Of a stretch of 64,000 bases of DNA, positions 36,608-50,069 are shown piece after piece. Origin of the DNA: Amoebophrya sp. A120. Lineage: Eukaryota; Protista; Dinoflagellata. Every line of letters begins with the position of its first letter. Position 1 is the first letter of the stretch. The notes below the pieces were generated by a model that was not told the origin of the DNA, made no database searches, and was given only the letters and a program-made list of their open reading frames with translations. Location of the stretch: the NCBI GenBank assembly GCA_905178155.1, contig CAJINV010000024.1, positions 440,689 to 504,688 of the forward strand. Direction: 5' to 3'. The translations under genes and the position numbers were made by a program.

Positions 36608-38849
36608 GCGGTACAACAGAGGTTGAAGCGTACTAAGCATTCATCTGGAGGAACAGAATATTGCGAATGAAGAATAACAAATTTTTTTGCTACCGTTTGA
36701 TTTTTACCTTTCGAGAATAACAACAAAAATGCCAGACTAGTTTGATTAATGAACAGTTTAGTGTAATTAAAATTCTACTCACCTCCTATTTTCCTGCTCG
36801 AGCAATTTTAGTGTGATGATACGCAATTTTCTCCTGCTCAAACTCAATCAATTCTCGATGTGACACCACATCCACGTGCACTCCTGAAACGCTTCAGGTT
36901 CTGTGTGACTGTGGGTGTTGTTTTTTTATGGAAAAACAAGTTGTTTATCTGTTTTCGCAGGAAATGGAAATAAGAGGTGAGACCTCGTCTTGCCAAAAAC
37001 AAGATGGTGAACTTTTGAAGATTTCCATTGCGATTTCCAGAAATGTTTCCAGAGAATAAAACATCGAACAAACGGCTTGAATCCGTTCCCCGCCACAGCA
37101 TGGCAATTGTTCGTTCAACGCAAGAACATTGCGCGGCGTCGGGGTTTGAAGTATTTGAGCACACGGTCTGTTCGCATACTAGGATCAGGATTTCAGAAGG
37201 ATTGACACACGCGTCGCCGACGGAAGATGTTCATGTACCAACAGTTTCGAAGTGATCTGGGAAATAAGAGATGTTTCGAGTCCGCACTGTTCAGAGAAAA
37301 ATACCACTGTACTGATCGTGCGTAATAGTCGTGAACTGCACGAATTCGTTGTCGTACTAGTAGTACAACAAGTATATTAACCGTCGAGATGTTGATCAAA
37401 CAAAACTACAAGTGCGTAAGAGGCGATCATGTCGACAGTGTTGATGTTCACTCTCTCCTCAGATTACGGTAGTGTGTGGTCTTTTTTTCTGCTTTTTCCT
37501 CCTGTGATCGCGCAACCCGAGACGTCGGTTTTTTTTCTCTCGTTGCTGTACTTACAATTTGAATTTCTTCCACATGGTCGCTGCGTCGCAAAGTCGCCTC
37601 GCAGATGAGTCGTGCTTTGTTTGAACAAAAAAATTTTTCGCCTGGTGTGCAATTTCAATTCGTGTTTTGTGTGGAAGATGCGAGAGGTCGTGCACCTTGA
37701 TGGCATAGTCTTAGATGGACTCTGGAACAATCGCGTGAGTTGTACGCATGACAAACACGAAGATATATGCTTTGGAGCCTTTGGCCCAAAGTCGAGCAAA
37801 ACAATCGCCAGGAAGCTTTATTTGGTCCCTCCCCGTCGAAACTGATCCGAGATTGTTCAGATAGCACCCCAAAGGTCCACACGAGCAGCAGGTAGGGCTG
37901 CTGCAAAAATTATAGTACGTCTACAAGTAGTACTAGTACAAATCCGAAAGGTCATGGTCAGTAGATCTTCTGGTGTTATTCGGGCCTGCAGGTGTTTACC
38001 TGAATTTTTCTGGAGCTGGCTCGACGTTGGCTGTGCAAGTAACCAAACCGTGCTTAATATTCTCGTGTCGGACTTATTTAGCAAATACAAATAGCACGGC
38101 TCTTGATGTTTCATTTCATTGGCGTAAGTGGTCTCGTAGTTTTTCGTCAAAATATAGAAACCTGAATGCATCAAGTCACTAATTAATACTTATTGTGACC
38201 GGCTCGGACTGTTCACAACGCATGCGATTTTTTTCAAATGGGCGAAGTAGGAGCACGTCGGAGAATCAAAGTACATCGTATCCCCTGCAACCGGGTCTAG
38301 TACATTGTCAATTGTCCGAGGACGAGTGATTGAGTTTGAGCGGTCAACAAATTTCGTTCACTTCTCGCAGATTTCTCTAGTACTGACCCAAAAACAGGCA
38401 TCCTCAAACCACTTCCCGAGAATCAACTGCCGGAGAGCAAGTAAGTAGTGCAAAATCGTCGTTGTAAATGCCTTAGGTTTAAGTTGACAAACATACTGTG
38501 AAAATAGTGTGCTAACCTTCTTGTTTAATACGAGAAACTACGTTGATATCACATCAAAAGTGAAGATGTTCGGCATTTTTGATGCGTGCCTGAGTCAGTG
38601 CGTGGGCGCTTATCGTGCGAAACAAGTGCTGCACTGTGGTGGTGCTTTTGCATAGGTCGCGCGGCAAGTGCGTTATATTGCAGGATAGGAACGACGTGGA
38701 TCCGCAATGACAGTAAGTGGCTCAAAAGCAATAGCTGAGTGAGGTTCTGCTCGTGCGTCAACCCTAGCAAGTAGAAGAGCAGTTGTGTGCTGCATGCTGA
38801 GCAAGACAAGCTGACAGAGCAGCAGTTTTTTCGTACGATAATGATCAGG

Positions 38850-41433
38850 GTAAGCGTGACGAGGAGAAGACGGGCGAACTTCTCGTGGGCGTGTATATCC
38901 TGGGCAGAAACGTCCCGCCCCCGACATTGTCTGTCACCGGGGCAAATTTGTTGCAACAGGCCACGCATCAAGGAAGTTTTGGCTGTTGCGCATGACAAGT
39001 CCACTCTCGCAGCGATGTGCTCGAGTTCGGCGAATCATGCTGCCGCGCCGCAATACTAAGTAAATCGATCACCTTGATATCCAGACTCTTCGCATGACAA
39101 ATTCCAAAATAGCCGATACTTAGTACCAAAAAGCAAACACTTCTCATGTTGCTGCGTGCGAGAAAAATCACTACTCAGGCATGCGCGTTTGCATGTGAAA
39201 ACTGGGGCGGGGACGTTTCTACCCAGGATAGAGGATGACAAACCGACTACCGCGTCGAAGTCTACCACTGCGTCGACGGATTATGAAGTGCAGACATGTC
39301 TGGGCCGGGAAACAGAAGAAAAGCTTATCAGTGATCTCATGTATACTCTGGCATACGCATTGGTCTTTTTACTTCCGCTTAGGAGCCTCAGTAGAGGTCC
39401 AGAGGTGAAGAAAAAAGTCAACTTGTCATGCATACCTACATCAATCTTCACACAAAATTCCGAATTTGCCATGCGTGGCTAGCAAAATGAAAATGGGGAG
39501 CGTTTGCATCCAATGACGGCGCCCAAGCATGTTTGCACGTCATCTTCCCACGGCAATCGCTGCTCCGCGGGTTTTCGTCAACCCGGACATGGTGGCTCCA
39601 GGTGCTGTATCAAATGCAAATATGTCTGGGTCTGGAAGAATGGAAACTTCTCTTCTATGCATATTTTCCATGCCCCATGAGGTTTGGAATGCAGGACCTA
39701 GCTGCATGACAGGTTCTGCGACGTCCCTATCATGCTTATCCTGCATGACAAACTGCCTCTAACCTTGTTCAAAACTGGACAGCTTTTGGTAGCCATGCAA
39801 CACAAATTTTTGTACGATCCACACCTAGCATGACAAGGTCGCATCCTCCCAGGACCAGACATATTTGCAATGCATATGCGGGTAAGTCGATTGTGCTGTG
39901 CATGCTGTTAGCGGTGTCGAATTTCGCCTTCCCCGAGAACCACAATCCGCCCCTCGCTATCGACTGCAAAGGTTCGTGCTCATCCTCACTGATTGCCATA
40001 CAGCATGACCACCTTCCTTTTGTACCCAAGTGCGGCCATCTACCAGTTTGAGTTTCGTTTTTGCCTATATGAAAAAAATTGTGATGCAGGAGCAGGACAT
40101 TGACATACTAAGCAGCATTAAGTAGTGCGATCCACCTTTGCAATGCATACTCGCGGAAGTGTCTGGCAAGGCGGTATATCAAATGTAAAAGTGTCGGGGT
40201 CTGGAAGAATGCAAGTTTGTTATGCTTGTCTGGCATGACTCTTAGATTTGTCATGCACGTTATCCAAGAGCTCCGCTTTTCTGTGATGCAGAAGCGAAGT
40301 TTGCCATGTAGAATAGGCAAAACCTAGGAGCTCAGAAACTTGTCATGCTGAGCCAGCATTTGTAGCCTCATCATGAAACGCCACCCAGCATCACAAGTTT
40401 CCAGACCCAGACACTTTTACTTTAGATACGGTAATCCTTTGTCCGGCCACGGATGCGTCGAAGTACCTGTCGTTGGAGGCCCGCATCCAGTATGAACTGC
40501 AAAAGTATCGTACTTGTAGAAATGCATATACAAATTTCTTCAGCATCAGCATGACAAATAAAATTTGTGAAGCAGATTTGTCTACTTGGGAACAAGATCT
40601 GTAATGCAAGGCTTGCATGTTTTATACGAGTGCGATACTTTTGCACAGGATATCCAGGCCTGGGTCAAGTGGATGTTCCAGTTTGTCATCAGCACGGCGC
40701 ATCAAGATATGCATTGCAAACATGTCTGGGCTTGGAAGGGTGCAACTTGTGATGCTGTTCGTAGATTCTTCAAAGATCTGTATTGCATGACAAGGAAAAA
40801 AAGCATTCCAGTTTTTTCTACATGTAGAGGGATTTTCTCGGGCGATACAGGTATGAGAGAGCCCTCATAGAATCTGTGATGCTAGGCATGCATCACACAG
40901 ATCATGGGAATGTTGCAACGGTTGACGTAAAACTTGCATGACAAATATCTTTACACTTTTCCATTCCCAGACAGATTTGTTGTGGATAGAAGACCCGGTT
41001 TCCTATACCGTGCTGAAGGACCTGCATGCGAAGATGTCGAAGTACAAGCCGCCCGCGAAAACCGGCGAGGAGTATCGTGAGCAAAAATCTCCCCTCCACA
41101 TATCGAAACGGATATCTGTGATACTGGATTTTGCGTATAAAAATCTACTTGTATTTCTGCTAGAACGCCGAAGAGAAGCAGTCATGGCTCCCTGAATCGA
41201 AGAAAATTTGTCATGCTGGTTCTCACTTTCAGTTGCCTCCTGTCAGGCTGGCGATGCAGGGCCTTCCCACGCCAGCCAGCACTACAGTCCGCACCTTTAT
41301 TTGCCTTCTCGCATGACAACGTGATTTGTGGTGACAAATCATCACCATTTTGATATGGGGAGGGGGGATTTTTCTTTTTGATAGGGAGCTGCGGTTGTTC
41401 GCGGACTTCTGCCGGGACCAACTCCAGGGCTGA
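38850..41433 (+). CDS. Multi-exon gene, family 2 (start not resolved)
   Basis: Open frame after removing 38896-39230, 39282-39544, 39608-39876, 39958-40149, 40177-40428, 40491-40652, 40708-40988, 41073-41383: RVFVNPDMVAPGAGKSIVLCMLL...KAVILCP...IQAWVKWMFQFVISTAHQDP...LRLFADFCRDQLQG*. Confidence 0.75.
39958..40149. mobile_element. TIR introner
   Basis: TATCGACTGCAAAGGT ... ACCTTTGCAATGCATA; DR CTCGC/CTCGC. Confidence 0.85.
40177..40428. mobile_element. TIR introner, family A
   Basis: DR CGGTA/CGGTA. Confidence 0.9.
40491..40652. mobile_element. Short TIR introner
   Basis: TATGAACTGCAAAAGTATCG ... CGATACTTTTGCACAGGATA; DR TCCAG/TCCAG; similar ends and size to 24219-24382. Confidence 0.88.
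41073..41383. mobile_element. TIR introner, family C
   Basis: DR AGGAG/GGGAG. Confidence 0.85.
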
Positions 41434-42705
41434 GGCCCCTGGACGCAGCTGGCGCCAGTTGAGTACTAGAAGACTGATAGACAGAAACAAAGGAGAAAAG
41501 TCTTTTTGTTGAGAATTGACGAGGCATTTCTGTTGTCCACATACTCAAACTGCACCGGAGAACTTTCCGCCAAAAAATCTCAATTTTCAACAACAACAAC
41601 AACAGCAACAGCCTGAGACTTTCAAAATGAAACTGTCAAAACTAAGAGGATTGGCCAGGCTTGAGCAGCTTAACAAAGAAAGAAAGAGAAAGAGATCCGC
41701 ACAAGCACAGCACCGACCTGAAGACAAAGTCAATCAGTTTAAGTCCTAACCTCGCAGTACTACCGAAACAGTATTAGCAAAACTAATAATTTTTAAATGT
41801 TTTCATCTCAAAAGCGACATATTTATATTTTGGATTCGAGAACAACACGAATTTTTTGGAACAGTTTTGGAATTTTCAGCAGCGGCAAATTATGAATGCT
41901 TGAATGAAAAAGCTTAGGCTTTTCCGAGTGGTGCAAGCGCGAAACAATGCAAAGTAAAATTCGAACTTGATTGCGAATCGCGATGCAATCGCGATTAGTC
42001 ACGATGTAGATCGTGCCCTCTGTTTTTGCATTGAGTCCTTGTTCGCCCACCAGAGTCGGTCCATTCTTTGACTACGCCAGTTACAAGAATCTACAGCGAG
42101 ACTCCTACGAGCTAGCCGAGGCCCTTCGAGCCCGGCTCTGTTGATCGTTCTCCATGTTCGCGGCCCGTCTACAATTCGCGACAGAGAGCAAACCTTGACT
42201 ATTTTGGAGCGGCATAAAAATGCAAGAGATCGGAGTGAAAAATCGTTTACAACCAGCAAAATCGCGCTTTGTCGGTCGCCATCGATTTTTTTGTCGTCGT
42301 TCCTGCTATCGCAATCGCTTCTTTGACGTTCCGACGCGTTTGAAAGTAAGTACGCCGATTGGTTCTGTGTTTTTTCGATCTTATACATGATTTTGCGAAT
42401 TAATTTGGACGCAAAAACGAAACGTGGTAGCCTGAAACCTCGAACACGAAACTCGATTCCCAACCCCTCCGCACTTCTCCCGACCCCCTAGTGTAGGATA
42501 AGAAATTATGACGATGATGATGCTTTGCCAAAAATACTGATAAAATTGTACATCACAGCTTCTAGGGACGAGCATAGTTGGCTCTACTAAAGTCAAAGAA
42601 TACATCTAGATCTACAGTCACTTGTTCGTCTTGTACCCCTATCTGTGCAGGCCCTAATGATTTTTTGAAATAAATACAGTTTACTTTTGAAACAAAATTG
42701 AGATT

Positions 42706-44128
42706 ATGTCCTTTTTGTGGAACTGGTGGCAAACGTGCAACTGCGTCAAAGACGCACGCCGGGTAAAGGACGAAGAAAAGGCGAACGAGGTCGCGATTCC
42801 TCCTCCGACGGTCGCGATTCCTCCTCCGACGGTCGCGATTCCTCCTCCGACGACCCCTGCTTTAACCCCGACCACTGCTGCTGTCGGTCTCGGCATGATC
42901 CTCGCGCTGCTGCAGGCATCAAAAGGAAAAATCCCCCCTCCCCATATCGAAAACGAAATTTGTGATGCTGTATTTGAGTACACAGATCGACCTGTAATGC
43001 TAGAAGGCCAAGAGACGCAGCTGTGGCCTCGTCTGCAAGGAATTTTTCATGCTGTTTTCCACTTCCAGCTGCCCCCTGTCATGCTGAAGATGCAAGGCTT
43101 TCCTACGCCAGCCAGCACTCCAGTCCGCATCTTGTCCCTTCTAGCATGACAGCGCTGATTTGTGACCACAAATCTGCATTGCAAATTCCTAGCCTGAGTA
43201 TGGGCCGGGGGAATTTTTCCTTTTGATAACCGGCCCTGGACGACCTTTTTCGCGCGGACGAACGTAACATCTACGTCTTGCAGCCGACTCGGGTCGAGTA
43301 CTGGTATGACCGCAACACCGCCACAATCAAGGCGACCCTCCACCACACTCGCATCGCGCCGGAGTGTGAGGCGGAGATGCGGGGAACTGCACAGGCGACG
43401 TCCAAGTGGCACGTATCCACTGCAACAGTGTTTGGGTCTGGCTTTGTCATGCGAGATCTGCTGTGTGCAGTAATGCGACGGGACAGATTTTCGTGCTGGA
43501 AGCTAGTTTGTCATGCAAAACGCGGTAGAAGTCGCGCTATCAATCGAAAATAAACTTGTGATGCGCTAATGCTGTGCAGAACATCTCTGCCTTGCAACAC
43601 TCAGCAACACAAATTCGCTGCGTCTTTCCAGACATCCAAGGGTATTTGCAGTTGATCGCACAAATTCGTCCACGAAAAAATCAGCATCTTGGCCACCCAG
43701 CATATGGCTTTCTCAAACGTTACATTCTCAACTTTTACATGGATTTGTGAAAAAAGAACAGTCACAGTGAAAGAGGTATGCTTGCATCTTTCGCATTACA
43801 AATTCGGCACGGATTTTAATACTGTTTACCCCTTCGAGGATGTGTTATTTACCCGAAGCAGCTTGCTCGCTGTGTGGCTGATGGCAGCTTCTTTGTATCA
43901 CAAATCATGTTTATATTAACAGTTGAGATTGTATTAACGTTTGAGAACGCCATACACCAGCCGGCAATGGTCGACGCGGTCAGCCGAATCCTGTCGCAGA
44001 TGATGCAAGTGGACAAGGTGATCCCGGCCTTAACCGGTTCGGACGGGGAAATGCTGACGTGGGTCCACCGTGGCGGGGAACAGGTGGCGGAAGAGCTCAA
44101 GAAAAATGGACAAGCGGTCGCGTACTAG
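42706..44128 (+). CDS. 4-exon gene, probable divergent family 2 member, with (VAIPPPT)x3 repeat
   Basis: Open from ATG 42706 to TAG 44128 after removing 42917-43228 (family C), 43414-43657 (GCACG/GCACA), 43703-43954 (family B, CAGCA/CACCA). Confidence 0.75.
42789..42851 (+). repeat. 21-bp coding tandem repeat x3
   Basis: GGTCGCGATTCCTCCTCCGAC repeated three times. Confidence 0.9.
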
Positions 44129-45260
44129 GGTGCTTCAAGATTCTGAAAGTCTGTAAGATTGTGCTGCTAAGGACAATCCCAAAAAGTTTACTGTATCAAT
44201 TTTGCAGAAAATTCCATCTCTCCGCTGCTGTGATTCTCATTTTGGGTCTCCACTTCTACAAAAATCCAGCAGTTACTCTTGTTTTACTAGCTATGACAGT
44301 TGAGATTGAAATACAGTTTGAGAAATTTTACGAAGAGGAAAGTGTAAGATTATTCGTTCTTGAAGCAGGTACAAGAACAATATTATAAAAATGTGGCTTT
44401 GCTTTTGCGCATACACTACATTTTGGTGAAATGATAACGAATGAATATTTACAGAAGGCGCAACGAGAACTATTTCTTCCTTTTAGAGCTTTCTTTGCAA
44501 ATATCGAAGACGAGGATTGCAGCGTTACTGATTTTGAACAAAAGTTGCGAACTCTATATACAGTCGAGTTGTGCAGTGGATCGGCGCCACTGCGCACGTG
44601 CTTCTCGGGGGCAACGAAATGGAATGAACCTTCATTTACTGGATCGAATTCGAGTTCGCAAGAAAAAAATATAAGTGACAGCTCCGTCGCAGCTTCGTTT
44701 TTACGGAAAAGCCACCGCTCCGCAAGTATCCGCCGGAGACCGCATGTGCCTCCAGTTCAAACATTCCGTGTTTCTCCGATGTGACGTATAAAATACCACT
44801 TCCGTCGACATAAAACTCGTATCAAAGATCTTTTGTACTATCGCTCCAAGTGCGACATGAGTGCTTGACGAGTTTTCCCTTCGTATTGTTTCGCTGAGTG
44901 TGGCAAAACTGATGTCGCGGTGTTGAGCGATCGCAGCAAATGGTATTGGGTCACCAGCACTTTTAAAATATTCGCGTCGTCTCTCATTCTCGTCCTCGGT
45001 GTTTTTGATTTTATTTTGGGTCGTATGGAATTTAAATGTATAATGATCTCCTGAATATAGTCGTAGTTCTTGTCGTTGCGTCACAAGTCTGGAGTCCCAC
45101 TATTGTCGTAGAGAAAACTACTACTCTTGCGCTATTGATTTTCGCTATAGTGCTGCTGCTGTCTCGTGTTACGGTTTTTGCTTTCATTTTGTAGCAGTTT
45201 TTTTTGTGAGATTTAGACTTTCCGTCGAAAATTGCACGCCGCCAAGAATTAAAAAGCAAA

Positions 45261-46882
45261 ATGTTCTTCGATATCTTCGCGGATTGTTTGAAGGTCCAGC
45301 GTATCAAATGTAAAAACTTCTGGGTCTGGAAAATTGTAACTTTTTATGCTAAATCTGCAGCATGCAAAAATCTGTGTTGCATGATTACCAAAAGTCGTCC
45401 AGTTTTGACCAAGCCGGGAGGGAGTTTCTCATGCAGGATAGGCATTAGAAAGGTCTCGCAGACTCTGTCGTGCTAGGTCCTGCAGTCCAGACCTCATGGG
45501 TCATGGAAAAGCAGCATGACAAGTCGCGCATTCTTCCAGACCCGGACATTTTTGCATTTGATACAGCGAAAGAACGCTGCCTTCGAAGAAGACCTCACCG
45601 AGCAAGTCTTCGAACAGAAGCATGACGGAGACGCCTCTGCGTCCACGGACGCAGGCTCTCCCGCTGAGGACACCGTGCTGACGCCGCCGGTGCGCAGGAC
45701 CAATGCTATCACTCTGCCGCCCGGACAAGGTATCATGCTGGTGCTGCTGTTCGTGCTATCAACTGCAGATATGTGTGGGTCTGGAAGGTTCTGAGACCTG
45801 TCTTGCATGAGCCATGATGTCTGTCACGCATGCCCTAGCGTCACAGATTTTTTGGGGGCTTCTTGATGCCTGTTCGGCATGACAAATGCCCTCGCCACGT
45901 AGCGAAAATTACATTCCCTTTGCTGCTCATGCAGTACAGATTTTTTTGGAAGCCAAATGCAGCGCCAGGAGCTACATCCTTCCAGACCCAGACATTTTTG
46001 CAATTGATACCTGCAGCGTGTGTTGGGGTTTTACCTCGGCGACGCGGTTAATTTCGTCCCGACGTTCGTGTACCTTGCGGCCGTGGAGGAGCAGGTGGTG
46101 GTTGTCCGGGAGCGCCGAACTGGCTCCGTCCGGGACAATGCGCAGGCGTGGGTTGCTATGGATTGCAAAGATGTCTGGGTCTGGAAGGATCGAATCCTAC
46201 AACAAAGTAACCAAGAGTCTGCGTTGCATTGCTGCATGGCAATAAGAATTTTTCGCCTCCTACTTGTCACGCAAAGGACAGCTCTCTTTTGCCGAACCGC
46301 AACCGGAAGGAAGAAGCTCTACTGCTGCAGTAGACCTTCTTCGTGCAAGAAAGACCCTCTGTGTGGCCCACGAGATGCATGACAGCCACACGTTATATCT
46401 TCCCCACCCAGACATCTTTGCATTTGATAGCTGGGTTCATCTTTGCGGTTGTGCATGAAGTGGCGAGGTCCGACTACACCGCGTCCTGGAGAAAGCTCAA
46501 GGATCTCGACTGGGCGATGCGGTACTACACGGGCGACACCGTCGGTATCCCGTGCAAATATATCTGGGTCTGGAAAGATGGAAACTGTAGTACGCGTCTT
46601 GCAATCCTGGAAAATCTGTGTTGCATGAGCAGCAAAAGAGAGGCTTTCTGTGTCATGCAAAGACGCGATTTGTAATGCGTGCTAGGCATCAGGAGTAAGT
46701 AGGCGTCTGAAATAAGACGTGTTATGCTTGGCTGCAATTGGAAGCGCTTCAATCATGGTCTTCCGCAAGAATTCAGCATCACATATTTATTCCAGACCCA
46801 GACATATTTGCATTTGATAGTCGGGAACACCAAACAACTCAAGAAGTTTTTGGAGTTTGCCATCAAGGAGCTCCAGGCCTGA
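45261..46882 (+). CDS. 5-exon gene, family 2
   Basis: MFFDIFADCLKVQ|RKNAAFEEDL...LPPGQGIMLVLLFV|QRVLG...AQAWV|AFIFAVVHEVARSD...LKKFLEFAIKELQA*. Inserts 45302-45563 (CAGCG/CAGCG), 45757-46009 (CGTGC/CCTGC), 46157-46429, 46546-46819 (GTCGG/GTCGG). Confidence 0.82.
45302..45563. mobile_element. TIR introner, family A; close relative of 28649-28922 and 60111-60381
   Basis: DR CAGCG/CAGCG; shared interior CCAGTTTTGAC.AAG.CGGGAGGGAGTTTCTCATGCAGGATA. Confidence 0.92.
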
Positions 46883-47419
46883 GGCGTTGCTTTCAGAGTC
46901 GAGGCTTGAGGAGTTTATTTCCCTCAGCGATTCAATATCAATACTCTATTTCCCTCAACGAATACGAAGATAAAGAAAAAGACGACTGACGATCTACTTG
47001 CATTCTCCTGCGAGTGGAAAACCGCCGCCCGAGTGGGTTACGTGTTCTGTCGTCCTCCTTTGGTCGTCGTGTGGGAAGTGAGGCAGGCATAGCAGCCGTC
47101 GTTTGTATCATTCGTTTCATGATATTGATAAATGTACAGCGATGAGCGGTTGGTGGAGTATTTTGTTTGCTGAGTGAAGCAAAACTGTCGTGATGTTGAG
47201 TGATCGAGGAAAATGGCATCGACTTCCGTTATTCGTGTCGTTTCCGGAATATATTTCGCAAACCTGAGTTCATGTTCATGATCTCTGCCACAGCAAAAAT
47301 CAAAATGAAAATAACAAGTTCTTCTTTTCAAAATTTACAGAAAGTTGAGGTTCTTGTATTGCTCTCTTCATTGGCGCTAAGTACCCAGCTGTAATAAAAA
47401 ATAACAACAATACAAAAAT

Positions 47420-49117
47420 ATGGATTTCTTTTGTGCTCTTTGCCTTCAAGGGCGGACAGTGGGGAAAGCGGGACCCCGGCGGGTTTTTGAGGAGGAGCTT
47501 GCAGAGCGAGTCCACACTGTCGGGGAAACCTCTCCGTACCGTATCCTGCGTAAAAACCCTCGCACTCCAAAGTTGTCATGCAGAGTTGCATAATTTGTCC
47601 ACACCTACAGGAACATCAACATTTGTTGAATACGGATCCCCAGCAGTGGCATTTTGCATCGTAGTTTGAAATTTGTGATGCTGTAGACAGGATGAGGAGA
47701 TTGAATTGTCGTGCGGCTGTTCTTGGTAAGCGTAATCTGCACTACAGTAGCAGTACTCATGAAAACTTGTCATGCGTGACTGCGAAAGCTTCTGAATTTG
47801 TATTGCGGAGTTCCCAACTACTTACAACTTGTCTACGGGGCGGGGACGTTTTTCCTCGGGATATACCGGATCGGAAAGTTATGTGATGTGAACGTGTAGT
47901 CCATTTTTACTACTCCGAGTAGAACAAACCAAATTATCTTGCTTTTTGTGCACGACCAAGAAACGACGAAAAAGAAACTACTGTATTCCACTAGACTTTG
48001 TTGAAATGGAATTTAAGGGAGATTTGTCTTTCTGCCAGATTGAGCCTTCTATGTTGAATCGTGCAGGACAGACAACCTCTACGGGTTGGTACATGTGCTG
48101 CACCGGCACATCGCCCATTTCGGCTAGAGGATCAAGATCCGCTTGTTCACCGGCAATTTGGAAGATGGACATCATATTTGCAATGCATATACGGGACGAT
48201 ACAACAAGGCAGCTGACGATCACATTTTGCGGTGGTTCGTGCTACGTGACCAATTTCCTACCGTCCTCACCACCAACCGCCTATGCAGTGCAAATATGTC
48301 ATCTGTGTCTGGAACGATGCGAACTTGTGATGCGCATAAGTTCACTCCAGACAAAATCCTTTATGCATGACAGTAGGCAGCAAAAGGTACTTACCCCTTT
48401 TTTCCTGCCACCGAAGAAGTGGGGATTTATCATGCGGATTACAGCTCTTGCGAAGCGACCTTCTCGAAGTCTGTGATGCTAAAAAGGCTTCCATGCCGGA
48501 CCTTCTGTGTCACTGTCTCTGCCCTGGAAAAGCTGCATGACAAAAATCTGCATTCTTCCAGACCCAGACACATTTGCATTTGATACCGCCACCTGCGCGA
48601 GGACGAAGGTCTCATCGTGCTGCGGAAAACAGTTGAAACCATGCAGACCATGTCGTGTTCTTCAAACGCAACCACCGAAGATCGAGTGAACAACAACCGA
48701 GTGGGCCTTGTCCCGCATGACCCATACTGCTTTCCGGGTTTGCACACAGCCCGCCCCGCATGCGCATCTAACTCTGCCGGTTCTTCTCAGGAATCTTCGG
48801 CTTGCTTGGTGCCGCAGGCCATTCGTGTGGAATTCGGGGCTGCCAATATGGGGTCATCTGGAGGACAAGCGTCTCCACCAGCAGTCCAGATCACAACTAC
48901 CGACGCCGGCTTCACGGACGAATTCGCGAGTGTGCAGCAGTGGGCGCAATTTTTGCTCAACGCAGTCCGCGATCTTGGGAGGAAGGACCCCTACTCGCGG
49001 TGGCGGTTGTTTCAGGTGAAATTGTCGGTGGACGCCTTTTCGCCGGTGTGCGACATGCAGGACTTCCAAAAACTGCTGGTAAAGCTGCAGGACCAACTGC
49101 GGGAGTTTGGGCATTGA
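47420..49117 (+). CDS. Multi-exon gene, family 2
   Basis: MDFFCALCLQGR...FEEELAERV; inserts 47542-47863 (family D, TACCG/TACCG) and 48282-48585 (CCGCC/CCGCC); last exon ..VQQWAQFLLNAVRDLGRKDP...FQKLLVKLQDQLREFGH*. Junction near 47880-48040 unresolved. Confidence 0.7.
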
Positions 49118-49124
49118 TGCTGGA

Positions 49125-49389
49125 TATCAACTGCAAAAATGTCTGGGTCTGGAAGAGTGCCAACTTGTGATGCTGCATTTGGATTCCAACAAAAAATTTG
49201 TATTGCATGAGTAGCAAATGGAATGCAATTTTTGCTACCCGGGTAGGGCATTTGTCATGCGAAATAGGCATCAAGAACCCCTCGAAAAATCTGTGATGCT
49301 ACGGCATGCATCACTGACATATTGGCTCATGCAAAACGTCCATGACAAGTGTCAGAATCTTCCAGACCCAGACATTTTTACAGTCGATG
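49125..49389. mobile_element. TIR element, family A, 7 bp downstream of a stop codon
   Basis: DR CTGGA/CTGGA. Confidence 0.92.
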
Positions 49390-50069
49390 CTGGAAGTGGA
49401 CGTGTCAGGTGTGGAGGTAAAATCCGATCCCTAGAAAAAATGAACAGCCACCAAATAAAGGAAAGACGCTGGTGTGCAAAAATCCAGTGCTGATGAAAAG
49501 AAGAAAACTACAGCAAATCTCTACAGTTTTGCCAAGAAAATGAAGATGATCAGACGTGAATAATCTATAAAGAAAATGTCGCGAGGTTGTAACGACAGAA
49601 GGTGCAGCTTCTAAAAAATTTTCGAGGAAGATGCGCAGCCACTTTTTCTGGCCGAAAAGAATCGCGATTTTTTGATGGAGAGGCGGCTGTTCAAGATTGC
49701 AACGTTTGTTCGCGTTGTAAGACAACTACGTAAATAAATATAAACTCTTCGGTATCTCGTTCTGCGTCTCAGCCTTAAACACGTAAAGATCTTCACGAAA
49801 GCATTACTTGCACAAAACGATCGGTGCGCGAGGATTGAGGAGAGTTTTTTTTCGGGAAGACGTAAACTCCTCCACGATCACCAGTTCTTGCCCGCGTCGT
49901 CTGTCGTGTTGGAATTACGCAGTCCTCTGTGTCTTGGTTGTGCAACTACAACTCTTTTTGTCTTCATTATTGCGACGAAAAAACAAGATCAGTGAGAATG
50001 CGGTTTTTTTTTCCCGGGGGATAAATGGGTAAGCAGTTGCTCAATCACCCGCCCACACGAAAATGTATA

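Noticed and set aside
39590-39890. Walker A (APGAGKS) implying a helicase or ATPase
   Set aside because: No Walker B/DExx follows, the protein ends soon after, and apparent paralogs lack the Lys.
41587-41612. Poly-Gln coding tract (ORF 41516)
   Set aside because: A (CAA)n microsatellite in AT-rich DNA downstream of a stop codon, with no other coding support.
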